This document shows, piece by piece, positions 7,608 to 16,996 of a DNA stretch of 48,971 bases. The notes beneath the pieces are model-generated. The model saw only the letters and a list, made by a program, of their open reading frames with translations, was not told the DNA's origin and ran no database searches. A program made the position numbers and the translations under genes. The stretch is taken from the NCBI GenBank assembly GCA_045863855.1, contig BTVV01000039.1, positions 1 through 48,971 on the forward strand, given 5' to 3'. The number at the start of each line of letters is the position of its first letter. Position 1 is the stretch's first letter. This DNA is from Planctomycetota bacterium (GTDB taxonomy: Bacteria; Planctomycetota; SZUA-567; H5-PLA8).

Positions 7608-8921
7608 TCACGCCCCCGAAGCCGCCGCGCCTTCTTTGGGCGGCATCTGCACCATGAACTTCATCACCGCTTCGGCGGCCAGTTCGCCGTCCACCAGCGC
7701 CCGCGTATTGAAGCGCCCGAACGGCGGGCGGATGCGGTCGACTTCGCACTCCAGCCGCAACTGGTCGCCCGGCACCACCGGCCGCCGGAACGCCACCTTA
7801 TCCATGCCCGCGAAGAAGATCAGCCGGCCTTCGGCTTTCAGTTCTTTCAGGACCATCACCGCGCCGGCTTGCGCGAGCGCCTCCAGGATCAGCACGCCCG
7901 GCATGATCGGCTGGCCTGGAAAATGCCCCGGCACCCACGGTTCGGTAGCCGTCACGTTCTTCAATCCCACGACGCCCTTCCCGGGCTCGTAGGAAACGAT
8001 CTTATCCACCAATAGGAACGGGTAGCGGTGCGGCAGAATCGCCTGGATCGCCTTGAGGTCCAGTTCCATACCCGCGCCTTTCGCTTCGTTGCGCGCCAGT
8101 TCCGCGGCCAGCATGCGGTTGAGCTTATGTCCCGAACGCGAAGCTCGAATGCGCCCGCGCACCGGACGGCCCAACACGTACAGATCGCCAAGCAAGTCCA
8201 GCATCTTATGCCGGACCGGCTCGTCGGGAAAGCGCAGGGTGTTCTCCAGCACTTCCGCTCCGTCCAGGACCAGCGTATTCTGCGTTGTCGCGCCCTTCCC
8301 GAAGCCCGCCGCGCGCAAGGCCTCGGCTTCCCGGCGCAAACAGAACGTCCGCGCCGGCGCCAGCTCTTTCAGAAAGCTCTCCGGCGTCACGTCCAGTTCG
8401 TACGTCCCTTGAGCCAGCGGCGCATCGGGGTAATGCAGCGTGTAGGTCAGGTGCAGGCCGTTGGCGAGCGGTTCGACGGTCAGTTCGGCTTCGCCTTCGC
8501 TCACCCGCACCGTTTCGCGCGGAGCCACCGGCCCTAGCGGCTTCCCCTCCACCTTCTTCAAGCCCGCCTTCAGCAGCGCTTCTGCAAACGGCAGCGCGCT
8601 CCCGTCCATTCCCGGCGCTTCCGGCCCGTTCAGCTCGACGAGCAGGTCCGTGACGCCCAAGCCCGCGCACGCGGCGAGCAGGTGTTCGACGGTATGCACT
8701 TCGGCGTCGCCGCGCTTTAAGGTGGTGCGCATCGGCAAGCCGTCCTGCCAGACATCCTGCAAGCCGATCCGCGGCGCGCCCGCCAGATCCGTGCGCACAA
8801 AGACGATCCCCGTCCCCGCCTCGGCCGGCTTAAAATTTACCCGCACCGTGGCCCCGCTATGCAGGCCCACGCCTTCCAATGCGGCCGCTTGGGAGATGCT
8901 TTGACGCACGACGCTGCTCAC
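7608..8921 (-). CDS. lpxC-fabZ: Bifunctional LpxC deacetylase / FabZ 3-hydroxyacyl-ACP dehydratase fusion
   Basis: GVGLHSG, TVEHLLAA, PGMDGSA, APARTF, RHKMLDLLGDL (LpxC) followed in frame by LPHRYPFLLVD, GHFPGQPIMPGVLILEALAQ (FabZ). Confidence 0.97.
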   Translation of the reverse strand: MSSVVRQSISQAAALEGVGLHSGATVRVNFKPAEAGTGIVFVRTDLAGAPRIGLQDVWQDGLPMRTTLKRGDAEVHTVEHLLAACAGLGVTDLLVELNGPEAPGMDGSALPFAEALLKAGLKKVEGKPLGPVAPRETVRVSEGEAELTVEPLANGLHLTYTLHYPDAPLAQGTYELDVTPESFLKELAPARTFCLRREAEALRAAGFGKGATTQNTLVLDGAEVLENTLRFPDEPVRHKMLDLLGDLYVLGRPVRGRIRASRSGHKLNRMLAAELARNEAKGAGMELDLKAIQAILPHRYPFLLVDKIVSYEPGKGVVGLKNVTATEPWVPGHFPGQPIMPGVLILEALAQAGAVMVLKELKAEGRLIFFAGMDKVAFRRPVVPGDQLRLECEVDRIRPPFGRFNTRALVDGELAAEAVMKFMVQMPPKEGAAASGA

Positions 8922-9087
8922 GCCCGGGAGTTCCTTTGGCGCCTGGTGGGATGGCTTCCCAAAGGGACCAGCTTACCCAATCGCCGGGCGGACGCAAACG
9001 CCGCAGGGCAGCCGAGTTCTGCGCTGGGTGAGCCCCTGCTTAGCCCTAAAATGGGGAACTACAGGCCATCGCGCCGGGAGCCGACCT

Positions 9088-9324
9088 ATGGACCTCTCCG
9101 AAGACCAGAAATTACGTTACGCCGAACTGCTCCTCTCGAGCAGCAAGATCGATGCGATCAAAGCCTGCCGCGAAGAGAACAACGTGAGCCTCACCGACGC
9201 CAAGCAAGCGATCGACGGCCTGGAAGCCACCATGCGCGCGGAGGGCCGGCTTACCGAAAAGTCGGGCTGCTTAGGAATGCTGCTGATGACAGTCGGCACT
9301 CTCTTATCCACGATAGCGAACTGA
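9088..9324 (+). CDS. Small protein resembling the ribosomal L7/L12 C-terminal domain, with hydrophobic C-terminus
   Basis: KIDAIKACREENNVSLTDAKQAID matches the KIxAIKxxRExxxxGLxEAK pattern; GGGAG RBS; ends KSGCLGMLLMTVGTLLSTIAN. Confidence 0.75.
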   Translation: MDLSEDQKLRYAELLLSSSKIDAIKACREENNVSLTDAKQAIDGLEATMRAEGRLTEKSGCLGMLLMTVGTLLSTIAN

Positions 9325-9445
9325 TGCAGCGGCAGCAGACTTGGTGCTATACGCATCTAAGTTACCTTCTAATTTGCAGAACTTACTTTCGCGCATTGGT
9401 GTAATTCGAACTAGGGGAAGCCGGTATTCTCTGAAAATAACGGTA

Positions 9446-9466
9446 AGGTGTTTACCGGTAAGACCT
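9446..9466. promoter_or_regulatory. Palindromic candidate operator (LacI-family-like) upstream of the glycoside hydrolase
   Basis: AGGTGTTTACCGGTAAGACCT with perfect core TTACCGGTAA (9452-9461) in an AT-rich spacer. Confidence 0.35.
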
Positions 9467-9551
9467 GCGTAGTGAATGCCGAGACAGGCCGGGCGTCTTC
9501 CCCAGGTAAGTTCGTGTAGCTGGATTTGACCCTTGCAAGGGAGTTTTGCCC

Positions 9552-12233
9552 ATGCTTCGAACGATTTGCGCGGTTCTCGCCGCCCTCGTCTTCAGCCAGC
9601 CCGTGCAAGCCGCCGATGATTTCGTCTGGTGGGAAGGCGAACAGCCCAGCGAGACGAACTTTCCGAAGGAAACGCCCTTCAGCGCCAGTACGTTTCCTGA
9701 AAAGCGCACGGCCGTTCTTTCCGGTGGCGACTGGCTCTGCAACGCCGACCCGCGCAAGCCGGGCGAAGCCGAGGCGTTCGCGAAGTACAAAGTCAACGTG
9801 CCCAAAGACGGCGCCTACCATTTCTGGACGCGCAAATTCTGGAAGCACGGCCCCTTCAAGTGGCGTTTCGGAACGCAGGACTGGCAGGAATGCGGGAAAG
9901 ACTGCGCGCTGGCCGACAGCGCCGAGATCCGCCTGCATCTGGGCGCGAATTGGGTGTACCTCGGCGAAGTGAAACTCACGGCTGGCGAACAGCTCTGCGA
10001 GATCGTGCTCCTGGCCGGCGAGAATCAGGGCAAGACCGCCTGCTTCGACTGCTTCCTGCTCATCCCCGGCGTCTTCACGCCGCGCGGGAAGCTCAAGCCC
10101 GGCCAGACCTCGGGCCTCGCGATGGACGGCTATTTCGCGTTCGAGCCGGCCAACGATGCGTTCGAAAGCTCGGCGCTCTTCGATCTGCGCGAAATGAACG
10201 AAAAAGCGTCCGGCGCGGACGGGCACGTGAGGATCAAAGGGCTCGATTTCATCGACGGTAAAGGCCAGCCCTTGAAGTTCTGGTCGGTTCAGGCCGGCAT
10301 CGATATGGACGATTCGGGCCTCGAATACATGGCCCGCCGCCTGGCGAAGAACGGTGTGAACCACATCCGCGTCGAAGCGAAGATCGCCGAACTGGGCAAC
10401 GCCGACCCTTCCGCGTACGACGCCAAGCACCTCGACCGTATCCACAAGGCCGCCGCGGCTTTCAAGAAGAACGGCATTTACCTGTACCTCGGCCACGTCT
10501 GGTGGGGCAATTGGGCGCCCAGCGGAGCTTGGGGCCTGGAAGGCTACGACGGCAAGAAAGCCGGGCACGCCATCGTGATGTTCGATCCCAAGATGGAAGG
10601 GATCTATCGCGGCTGGCTCAAGACCATGCTCACCGCCAAGAACCCCTACACCGGGCTGGCGCTGAAGGACGATCCGGTCCTCGCCACGTTCGAGATCCAA
10701 AACGAAGACAGCTTCCTTTTCTGGACCTTCCCCAAGACGCTCGCCCCGGCCGCCGCCAAGATGCTGGGCAAGCAGTACGGCGACTGGTTGGTCAAAAAGC
10801 ACGGCAGCTTGGCCAAGACGCTGGACGCTTGGGGCGGCGCGAAGGATCCAGGCGACGACACGGCCGCCGGCGTGATGGGCTTCCTCAATCCGTGGCATAT
10901 GACGACCGACGGCATCGCGAAGACGCCGAACATGAACAAGCGCGGGAGCGACCAGCTCCAGTTTCTCACCGAAACCCAGCGCGCCTTCTACGACCGCACG
11001 GTGAAGTACATCAAGGAGGAACTCGGCGCGAAGTGTCTGGTGAGCTGCAGCAACTGGACCACCGCCGACGGACGGATCATGGACGCGCTGGAACGCTACA
11101 GCTACCTGGCCGGCGACGTCGTCTGCCGCAACAGCTACTTCGGGCCCGAATACCACAGCAAGCGCAAGCGCTTCTACGCCGTCGATAAGGACGAAGTCTT
11201 CTCCAGCCGCAGCGGGTTGACGATGCCCGACAACCTGCCGATCCAGCTCAATCAGATCGACGGCCGCCCGCACATGGTCACCGAGATCAACTGGGAACGG
11301 CCCAATCGCTTCCGCTGCGAATTCCCCTTCCTGGCCTGCGGCTACGGAGCGATGCAGGGCATGGACGGCTGGAACTTCTTCGCGCTCGGCAACGCGCAGT
11401 GGGAATCTTCGCCCGCCGTCTGGAGCCTGATGAACCCGTCGCTCTTCGGCATGTTCCCCGCTTGTTCCATCGCCTTCCGCCGCGGCGATATCAAGGAAGC
11501 CGAGACGGTCGTCCACCAGGCGCTCGATCTGAACGAACAGTACGCCTACAAGGGCTTGGCGCTCAAGCAGGCCCACGGCTTCGACGAACTGCGCAAGAAA
11601 GACATCCCCGCCGGCGGCGTGATGGAAGGCAAAGACATCGGCGCCGTCGATCCGCTGGCCTTTTACGTCGGGCGCTGCGTCTTCGATACGCTAGGCGACA
11701 AATCGAAGAACAAGATTGTCGATCTGAGCAAGTACATCGACCGCGAGAAGAAACTCGTGAAGTCGGTCACGAACGAACTGGCCTGGGATTTCGCAACCGG
11801 CGTCGCGACCATCGATACGCCGCGCGCGCAAGGGGTTTGCGGATTCCTGGGCAAGAAGGGCAAGCTCGACTTGGGCGACGTGACGATCGAATCGAGCAAC
11901 GAGTACGGGATGGTCTTCGCGGTGGCGCTCGACGGCCAGCCGCTCAAGCAGTCCAAGAAGGTGCTGCTCCAGGCGGTGACCGAAGATTGCCTCTACGGCT
12001 GGCAGGTCGAACCGCAAGAGAAGGGCGACAAGATCGTGGCGCTGGGCGGGTATCCGCTCAACGTGAAGAAGATCCAGGCCAAGGTCACCTTCAAGCAGCC
12101 CGGCGCGCTGAAAGAAGCGCTGATTCTGGACGGCAACGCCTACGACACCGGCAAGAAGGCCGTCACCAGCAGCGCCGGAGGCGCGCTGACGGTCACCCTG
12201 CCCGAAGACGCGCTGTATACGATCGTGCGGTAA
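9552..12233 (+). CDS. Secreted clan GH-A (GH5/GH42-like) glycoside hydrolase with N-terminal beta-sandwich module
   Basis: Signal peptide ending VQA-ADD; GVNHIR, NPYTGLALKDDPVLATFEIQNED (acid/base), HMVTEINW (nucleophile), QGMDGW; AAGGGAG RBS. Confidence 0.8.
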   Translation: MLRTICAVLAALVFSQPVQAADDFVWWEGEQPSETNFPKETPFSASTFPEKRTAVLSGGDWLCNADPRKPGEAEAFAKYKVNVPKDGAYHFWTRKFWKHGPFKWRFGTQDWQECGKDCALADSAEIRLHLGANWVYLGEVKLTAGEQLCEIVLLAGENQGKTACFDCFLLIPGVFTPRGKLKPGQTSGLAMDGYFAFEPANDAFESSALFDLREMNEKASGADGHVRIKGLDFIDGKGQPLKFWSVQAGIDMDDSGLEYMARRLAKNGVNHIRVEAKIAELGNADPSAYDAKHLDRIHKAAAAFKKNGIYLYLGHVWWGNWAPSGAWGLEGYDGKKAGHAIVMFDPKMEGIYRGWLKTMLTAKNPYTGLALKDDPVLATFEIQNEDSFLFWTFPKTLAPAAAKMLGKQYGDWLVKKHGSLAKTLDAWGGAKDPGDDTAAGVMGFLNPWHMTTDGIAKTPNMNKRGSDQLQFLTETQRAFYDRTVKYIKEELGAKCLVSCSNWTTADGRIMDALERYSYLAGDVVCRNSYFGPEYHSKRKRFYAVDKDEVFSSRSGLTMPDNLPIQLNQIDGRPHMVTEINWERPNRFRCEFPFLACGYGAMQGMDGWNFFALGNAQWESSPAVWSLMNPSLFGMFPACSIAFRRGDIKEAETVVHQALDLNEQYAYKGLALKQAHGFDELRKKDIPAGGVMEGKDIGAVDPLAFYVGRCVFDTLGDKSKNKIVDLSKYIDREKKLVKSVTNELAWDFATGVATIDTPRAQGVCGFLGKKGKLDLGDVTIESSNEYGMVFAVALDGQPLKQSKKVLLQAVTEDCLYGWQVEPQEKGDKIVALGGYPLNVKKIQAKVTFKQPGALKEALILDGNAYDTGKKAVTSSAGGALTVTLPEDALYTIVR

Positions 12234-12245
12234 GGGGAATGGAGG

Positions 12246-12974
12246 TCAATTTTCTGACCAGTAAATATCCTGCAAGATGACGCCTATTTCATCTTTCGGC
12301 ATACAGTCCGGCTGATTCGGCACGAATTCTACGCCGGTGGGCGTGCCACCCGTTTTCTGCAGGGCACGTAAGGTTTGTACGAGGCGGTTTAAGAGCAGCG
12401 AAGCATTCTCTCCTCCGGATTGGGACCAAGATAACGTCAGGCGAGTGGGACGCAGTTCTTGCAGTCGAGGTATGGCTTGAAGCAATGCCCTAGAATGGTC
12501 TGAGCTTGAGATCGTCCAAAATTCCACCCGCGTTGCTTCCTGAAATTCTTCATCGATTTGAATTACCATCCTGAAGCGGCCTTCGGGTGTGGTTTGGAGG
12601 TATGCATTTACGTCTTTCTTTGCGATGCCTCTAGGGGAGCCCGGTTGCGGGCCCGGAATAACTAACCAACCATGCCTACCCAAATAAGCTTTCCATTTAT
12701 TTGGAAGAGCTTGCGTATCGACTAGGTCCTTCCCCAATGCGGCGGCGGAAACAGTGCGGCACACGTAGACATCATGCTTCGATTTCAATCTATTTAAGTC
12801 ATGTAGTGGATAGCGCAGATCTACTTCTCCCTGCGCATCCAAGCTAAATGGTTCGAATGAAGCTAACCTATTTCCCTTAGGTTGAGACCACTCAACATAA
12901 CCTGGGTTTAGAGCCACGAGGAGGAAGGCTGAACTTGCTACGCATAGAACTATGCCAAGTACTTTCCTGGACAT
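12246..12974 (-). CDS. Low-GC hypothetical exported/membrane-anchored protein (242 aa)
   Basis: Open 242-codon frame in about 50% GC DNA; N-terminal MSRKVLGIVLCVASSAFLLVAL. Confidence 0.65.
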   Translation of the reverse strand: MSRKVLGIVLCVASSAFLLVALNPGYVEWSQPKGNRLASFEPFSLDAQGEVDLRYPLHDLNRLKSKHDVYVCRTVSAAALGKDLVDTQALPNKWKAYLGRHGWLVIPGPQPGSPRGIAKKDVNAYLQTTPEGRFRMVIQIDEEFQEATRVEFWTISSSDHSRALLQAIPRLQELRPTRLTLSWSQSGGENASLLLNRLVQTLRALQKTGGTPTGVEFVPNQPDCMPKDEIGVILQDIYWSEN

Positions 12975-13055
12975 GCTTTCGCCCTACTGGGTTTGCCGAC
13001 CCATTGTAGGAACGGTCAAACGAGATACACCTTTCGAGGTTTGTAACCTGGCTTG

Positions 13056-14150
13056 CTACTTTCCCGTGCCCCACACGCCCGCCGGATTGCGGACCGTCGT
13101 GCCCTCCGTCAGGTTCTCGCCGTCGGCAAGCACCCAACGCCCCGCGCGCAAAACTTCGGCGCGGAAGCGGCCTTTCAAGCTGAAGACCGAAGCATCCGTA
13201 AACGTGAAGTGCAGGTGTGGCATCCCGCTCGCGCCGCTGTTTCCCACCTTTGCCAGCGTCTGCCCTGGCTTCACCGTATCGCCCACCTTCACCGTCAGCG
13301 ATCCCTGCATCAGATGCGCGTAGAATCCGCTGATGCCCGCTCCGTAATCGACGCTCAGGTAGTTGGCGTTGTCGAACCCGCCGCTCTGGCCGGGCGCGGC
13401 ATCGGGCTGGTTGTCGAGCGCCTGGCGCACCACTCCGTCGGCTTGCGCGACGATGGGCTGGCCCCAGGCGAAATAGTCTTCGTTGCGAGCGCCCGAGCCG
13501 GCGAAGAGGCGCCCGTTCTTCTGAACCACCAGGTCGAACGCGTACGCCGCTCCGGCCTTGATGCGATGGTGGCCCGTGCGATCCGGCGCCACGAACCATT
13601 CGCCTTCCAAGGGCAGCGGAAAGCAGTAGTTCGATTGCCGCTTGTCGGCATGCGGCAGCCAGCGGTCCAGCAGCGGGCGGTAACCCGGATCCATGAAGCT
13701 CCTGAATTCGTTCAGCATCCGGCGCAGTTCGAACTCCGCGCAAACCGAGAGCTTCTGTTGTTCGCACCAGGCGATGAGCTGCAGGCGACCGCCGCGGTCC
13801 GCGGCTTCCGCCGAACGCTTGAGGTATTCGGTGTGCGCCTCGCGCCAAGGCTCGACCTGCCATACCACCAAATCGGGATCGGGATAGTGCGGCAGCGGCG
13901 GCTGTCCGGCCTCGGCCTTCACCGGCGCCGGCATGACGTTGGCGGCGTGCGGAAGCGGAAGCACCAGACTCGCGGTTTCCAACGTCTTGCGCCACGGACA
14001 GGCCGCTTCGCGTTCTTCGAAGGTCCGGTCGAGCACAAAGGTCCAAGTGGGCGGGCTGGCTTCGGGCGTAGCGGCCCGAACCGTTCCTTGGAAGGCCACC
14101 CACCCCGCCAAGGCGATCCCCAGCAGGACCCGAATGCGCAGGTCGATCAT
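13056..14150 (-). CDS. M23 family metallopeptidase, secreted
   Basis: Signal peptide; HHRIKAGAAYAFD, IVAQADGVV, YAHLMQGSLTVKVGD, VGNSGASGMPHLHF. Confidence 0.92.
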   Translation of the reverse strand: MIDLRIRVLLGIALAGWVAFQGTVRAATPEASPPTWTFVLDRTFEEREAACPWRKTLETASLVLPLPHAANVMPAPVKAEAGQPPLPHYPDPDLVVWQVEPWREAHTEYLKRSAEAADRGGRLQLIAWCEQQKLSVCAEFELRRMLNEFRSFMDPGYRPLLDRWLPHADKRQSNYCFPLPLEGEWFVAPDRTGHHRIKAGAAYAFDLVVQKNGRLFAGSGARNEDYFAWGQPIVAQADGVVRQALDNQPDAAPGQSGGFDNANYLSVDYGAGISGFYAHLMQGSLTVKVGDTVKPGQTLAKVGNSGASGMPHLHFTFTDASVFSLKGRFRAEVLRAGRWVLADGENLTEGTTVRNPAGVWGTGK

Positions 14151-14449
14151 GCACTTGGGACGTGAACGGAGCTTGGCCGATTAGCCGCGTTGAGCGGGTA
14201 CGTCGATGACAGGATTCGTCATGGGGCTGGAAATGCGACAGCAAGACAACGCTTCACGGCCCTTGCTTCGTGTCCTGTGTAATCCCGCAGAGAAGTCATA
14301 ACATATTATAAATAAACAACTTATACGCAAGCACGAAGGGGGTAAAAGTTCCATTTAGGAAGTGGCCAACGCTTTGCACCTTGTGTTGTTATAGTTCGGT
14401 GGTGGCAATCCGCGGACCCGGCGAACTATCCCTAAAGGAATCGGCGAAC

Positions 14450-14923
14450 GTGAACCAACCCGCGCCCGAATCCCGCCCCCGCATCCTCGTCGTGGACGAC
14501 GATGCTCGTACGCGACGGCTTTTTAAGGATACGTTCAAGAAGGCCGGTTGGGAGGTGGAAGAGGCCGTCAACGGCAGCGAAGCGCTGATTCGCGCGCGGC
14601 AGGTTCGCTTCGACCTGATTACCCTCGATCTCATGATGCCCGGATTCTCGGGCCAGGATGTTCATTACCTGCTTTCCCGCAACATCGGGTACGGCGAACG
14701 CGAAGGCCACGGCCAGCCGCGCCGAGTGCCGCCGATTCTGATCGTCTCGGGCCAGTTCGACACCGTGCCCATGGAGATGCTTTACGGCGAAGGGGTCGTT
14801 GGAGTCGTCGGCAAGCCCGTCGATCTGAACCTCCTCGTCAGCCTCGTGCGCCAGCAGCTGGAACAGCGTCCCACGCCGCCCCAACTGAGCGCTCAAGCGG
14901 CCTCCCCGGCCCCCGTCGCGTAG
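14450..14923 (+). CDS. Single-domain response regulator (receiver)
   Basis: ILVVDDD, DLITLDLMMPG, ILIVSG, KPVD; likely GTG start after AAAGGA. Confidence 0.9.
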   Translation: MNQPAPESRPRILVVDDDARTRRLFKDTFKKAGWEVEEAVNGSEALIRARQVRFDLITLDLMMPGFSGQDVHYLLSRNIGYGEREGHGQPRRVPPILIVSGQFDTVPMEMLYGEGVVGVVGKPVDLNLLVSLVRQQLEQRPTPPQLSAQAASPAPVA

Positions 14924-15031
14924 CCGAATCTTCTCCTTTACAGCCCGCCCTGCCGCGCCAAGCTTAATTTCTCCATTTCAAGGCCACACTTACCCGCGCG
15001 CCGGCCTAGGCCGGCAGGAGGACGCTACGCC

Positions 15032-15838
15032 ATGCAGATGAAACTGGGCTTCATCGCTCATAACGATCCCGAGAACGTCGAAAAGGATTGCCTCTTCGCC
15101 AAAGAGAACGGCTACGAAGGGCTGGAGTACAACCACTGGGGCAGCATCAAAGATCTCGACGAAAATACAGTCAAGCAGCTCGCGAAGATCCAGCAGAAGC
15201 ACGGCATCCGCTGCAGCATGTTCGGCGTCTGGGGCTGGAACCATCTTTCGACCGACAAGGCGACCCGCAAGGAGGCGCTCGCGATGCTCGACAAGGGCAT
15301 CAAGTGCGCGCAGATACTGGGCGCGGATGTCTTCACCACCGGCGGCGGCGAGATACCGCACGAGCCGATCGGAACGAAGGTCAACGAATTCGTCAAGGTC
15401 TTCGCGCCGTACCTCAAGAAGATGGAGAAAGCCAAGCTCGTCCCGTGCTTCTACGCGGTCCACGGCAACAGCTTCTTCGACGGCCTCGCCGCGTACGAAC
15501 GCGTCTGGGAACGGCTTCCGCAGATCCGGATCAAGTTCGACCCGGCCAACTGGATGCATCACGGCGACGACTATCTGGAAATCCTGGAGCGCTACGGCAA
15601 CAAGATCGGGCACATCCACATCAAGGAGCACCTGTACCGCGGCAACCATCGCGTCGCCAGCCAGCCCGCCGCGGGCATGGGCGACGTGCAGTGGGGTAAG
15701 GTCTTCGCGTTCCTGTACGAACACGATTACAAGGGCTGGCTCTCCGTCGAACCGCACGGCTCCAAGTGGGGCCGCGGCGAACTGCGCCTCAAGATGCTGA
15801 AGCTGACCAAACAGTATCTGCAGCCGTTTCTGGTCTGA
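15032..15838 (+). CDS. Sugar phosphate isomerase/epimerase (xylose isomerase-like TIM barrel)
   Basis: GYEGLE, FDPANW, HIHIKE, GMGDVQW, YKGWLSVEPH; AGGAGG RBS. Confidence 0.9.
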   Translation: MQMKLGFIAHNDPENVEKDCLFAKENGYEGLEYNHWGSIKDLDENTVKQLAKIQQKHGIRCSMFGVWGWNHLSTDKATRKEALAMLDKGIKCAQILGADVFTTGGGEIPHEPIGTKVNEFVKVFAPYLKKMEKAKLVPCFYAVHGNSFFDGLAAYERVWERLPQIRIKFDPANWMHHGDDYLEILERYGNKIGHIHIKEHLYRGNHRVASQPAAGMGDVQWGKVFAFLYEHDYKGWLSVEPHGSKWGRGELRLKMLKLTKQYLQPFLV

Positions 15839-15852
15839 ACCCCGGCGCTTCG

Positions 15853-15894
15853 GGCGGCCTCGCCGGAGAAATCGGGTGAGGCCGCCTTTTTTTT
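15853..15894 (+). terminator. Rho-independent terminator
   Basis: GGCGGCCTCGCC / GGTGAGGCCGCC stem followed by T8. Confidence 0.92.
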
Positions 15895-15962
15895 GCCCTG
15901 CCCGCCCCGATATCCCAACCGCGCTTGCCGAGACGGCGCGTCTGCGCATAATCGCCCCGCTC

Positions 15963-16943
15963 ATGATACTCGTCACCGGCGCCACCGGGTTCCTGGGGAA
16001 CCACGTCGCGCGGGCGTTGCTCGCGAAAGGCGAAGCCGTCCGCGTTACCGTCCGCCCCAGCAGTCCCCTCAAACTGCTCGAAGACCTGACCGGCATCGAG
16101 AAGGTCGAAGCCGATCTGCGCGACAAGGCCTCGCTCGAGCGCGCGGTGAAGGGCTGCAGCATGCTCTTTCATGTCGCCGCCGATTACCGCTTCGACGTGG
16201 CCGACCCCGACGAGATGTACAAGAGCAACGTGGAAGGGACGCGCAACCTGCTCGAAGCCGCCGGCGCGGCCGGTGTCGCGCGCATCGTCTACACCAGCAC
16301 CGTCGGCTGCATCGGGCTGCCCGAGAGCGGCGCGCTGGGCACCGAAGAGACGCCCGTCAGCCTCGAGAAGATGGTCGGCACGTACAAGCGGACGAAGTTC
16401 CAGGCCGAACTCGTCGCGCTGGAACTTTCCAAGCGGCTCCCGATCGTCGTCGTAAACCCCACCGCCCCCGTCGGCGAACGCGACGTCAAGCCCACGCCCA
16501 CCGGCGACATGATCGTCCGCTTCCTGCGCCGCAAGATGCCCGCCGTCATCGACACCGGCTTGAACCTGATCGACGTGCGCGATTGCGCCGACGGACACCT
16601 GCGCGCGGCCGAACGAGGGCGCACGGGGCAGCGCTACATTCTGGGCTGCCGCAACCAGACGCTGCTCGATATCTGCCAGTCGCTGGGCCGGATCACCGGG
16701 CTCAAGCCGCCGAGCGTCACGATGCCGTGGTTCGTCGCGTATCTCGCCGGGTTCTTCGACACCAAGATCAGCCTCCTGCGCGGCAAGACGCCTTCCATCA
16801 GCCTCGAGAGCGTGCGCATGGCCAAGAAGCGCATGTTCGTCGACGGCTCCAAGGCCGTGCGAGAATTGGCGCTCCCGCAAACCCCGCCCGAAGAAGCGCT
16901 CTCCCGAGCCGTGCAGTGGTTCCGCGCCAACGGCTACGCGTAA
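15963..16943 (+). CDS. hpnA: NAD-dependent epimerase/dehydratase, hopanoid-associated HpnA type
   Basis: VTGATGFLG, FHVAADYR, YKSNVEGTRN, YKRTKFQAE, VNPTAPVGERDVKPTPTG, DTGLNLIDVRDCADGH. Confidence 0.85.
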   Translation: MILVTGATGFLGNHVARALLAKGEAVRVTVRPSSPLKLLEDLTGIEKVEADLRDKASLERAVKGCSMLFHVAADYRFDVADPDEMYKSNVEGTRNLLEAAGAAGVARIVYTSTVGCIGLPESGALGTEETPVSLEKMVGTYKRTKFQAELVALELSKRLPIVVVNPTAPVGERDVKPTPTGDMIVRFLRRKMPAVIDTGLNLIDVRDCADGHLRAAERGRTGQRYILGCRNQTLLDICQSLGRITGLKPPSVTMPWFVAYLAGFFDTKISLLRGKTPSISLESVRMAKKRMFVDGSKAVRELALPQTPPEEALSRAVQWFRANGYA

Positions 16944-16996
16944 GGCGAGGGCTCGGGTAGACTGAGCAGCGCTGGCCCGTACGGAGCATGCGCCGC

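Noticed and set aside
9411..11576. 721-aa minus-strand ORF and similar long antisense ORFs (24360..26093, 30901..32673, 32952..34499, 34377..36044)
   Set aside because: Stop-poor antisense frames expected opposite high-GC3 genes; no recognisable domains
14294..14323. AT-rich AAGT...AACTT weak palindrome between the M23 and receiver genes
   Set aside because: Consistent with an ordinary divergent promoter region; too degenerate to call a site
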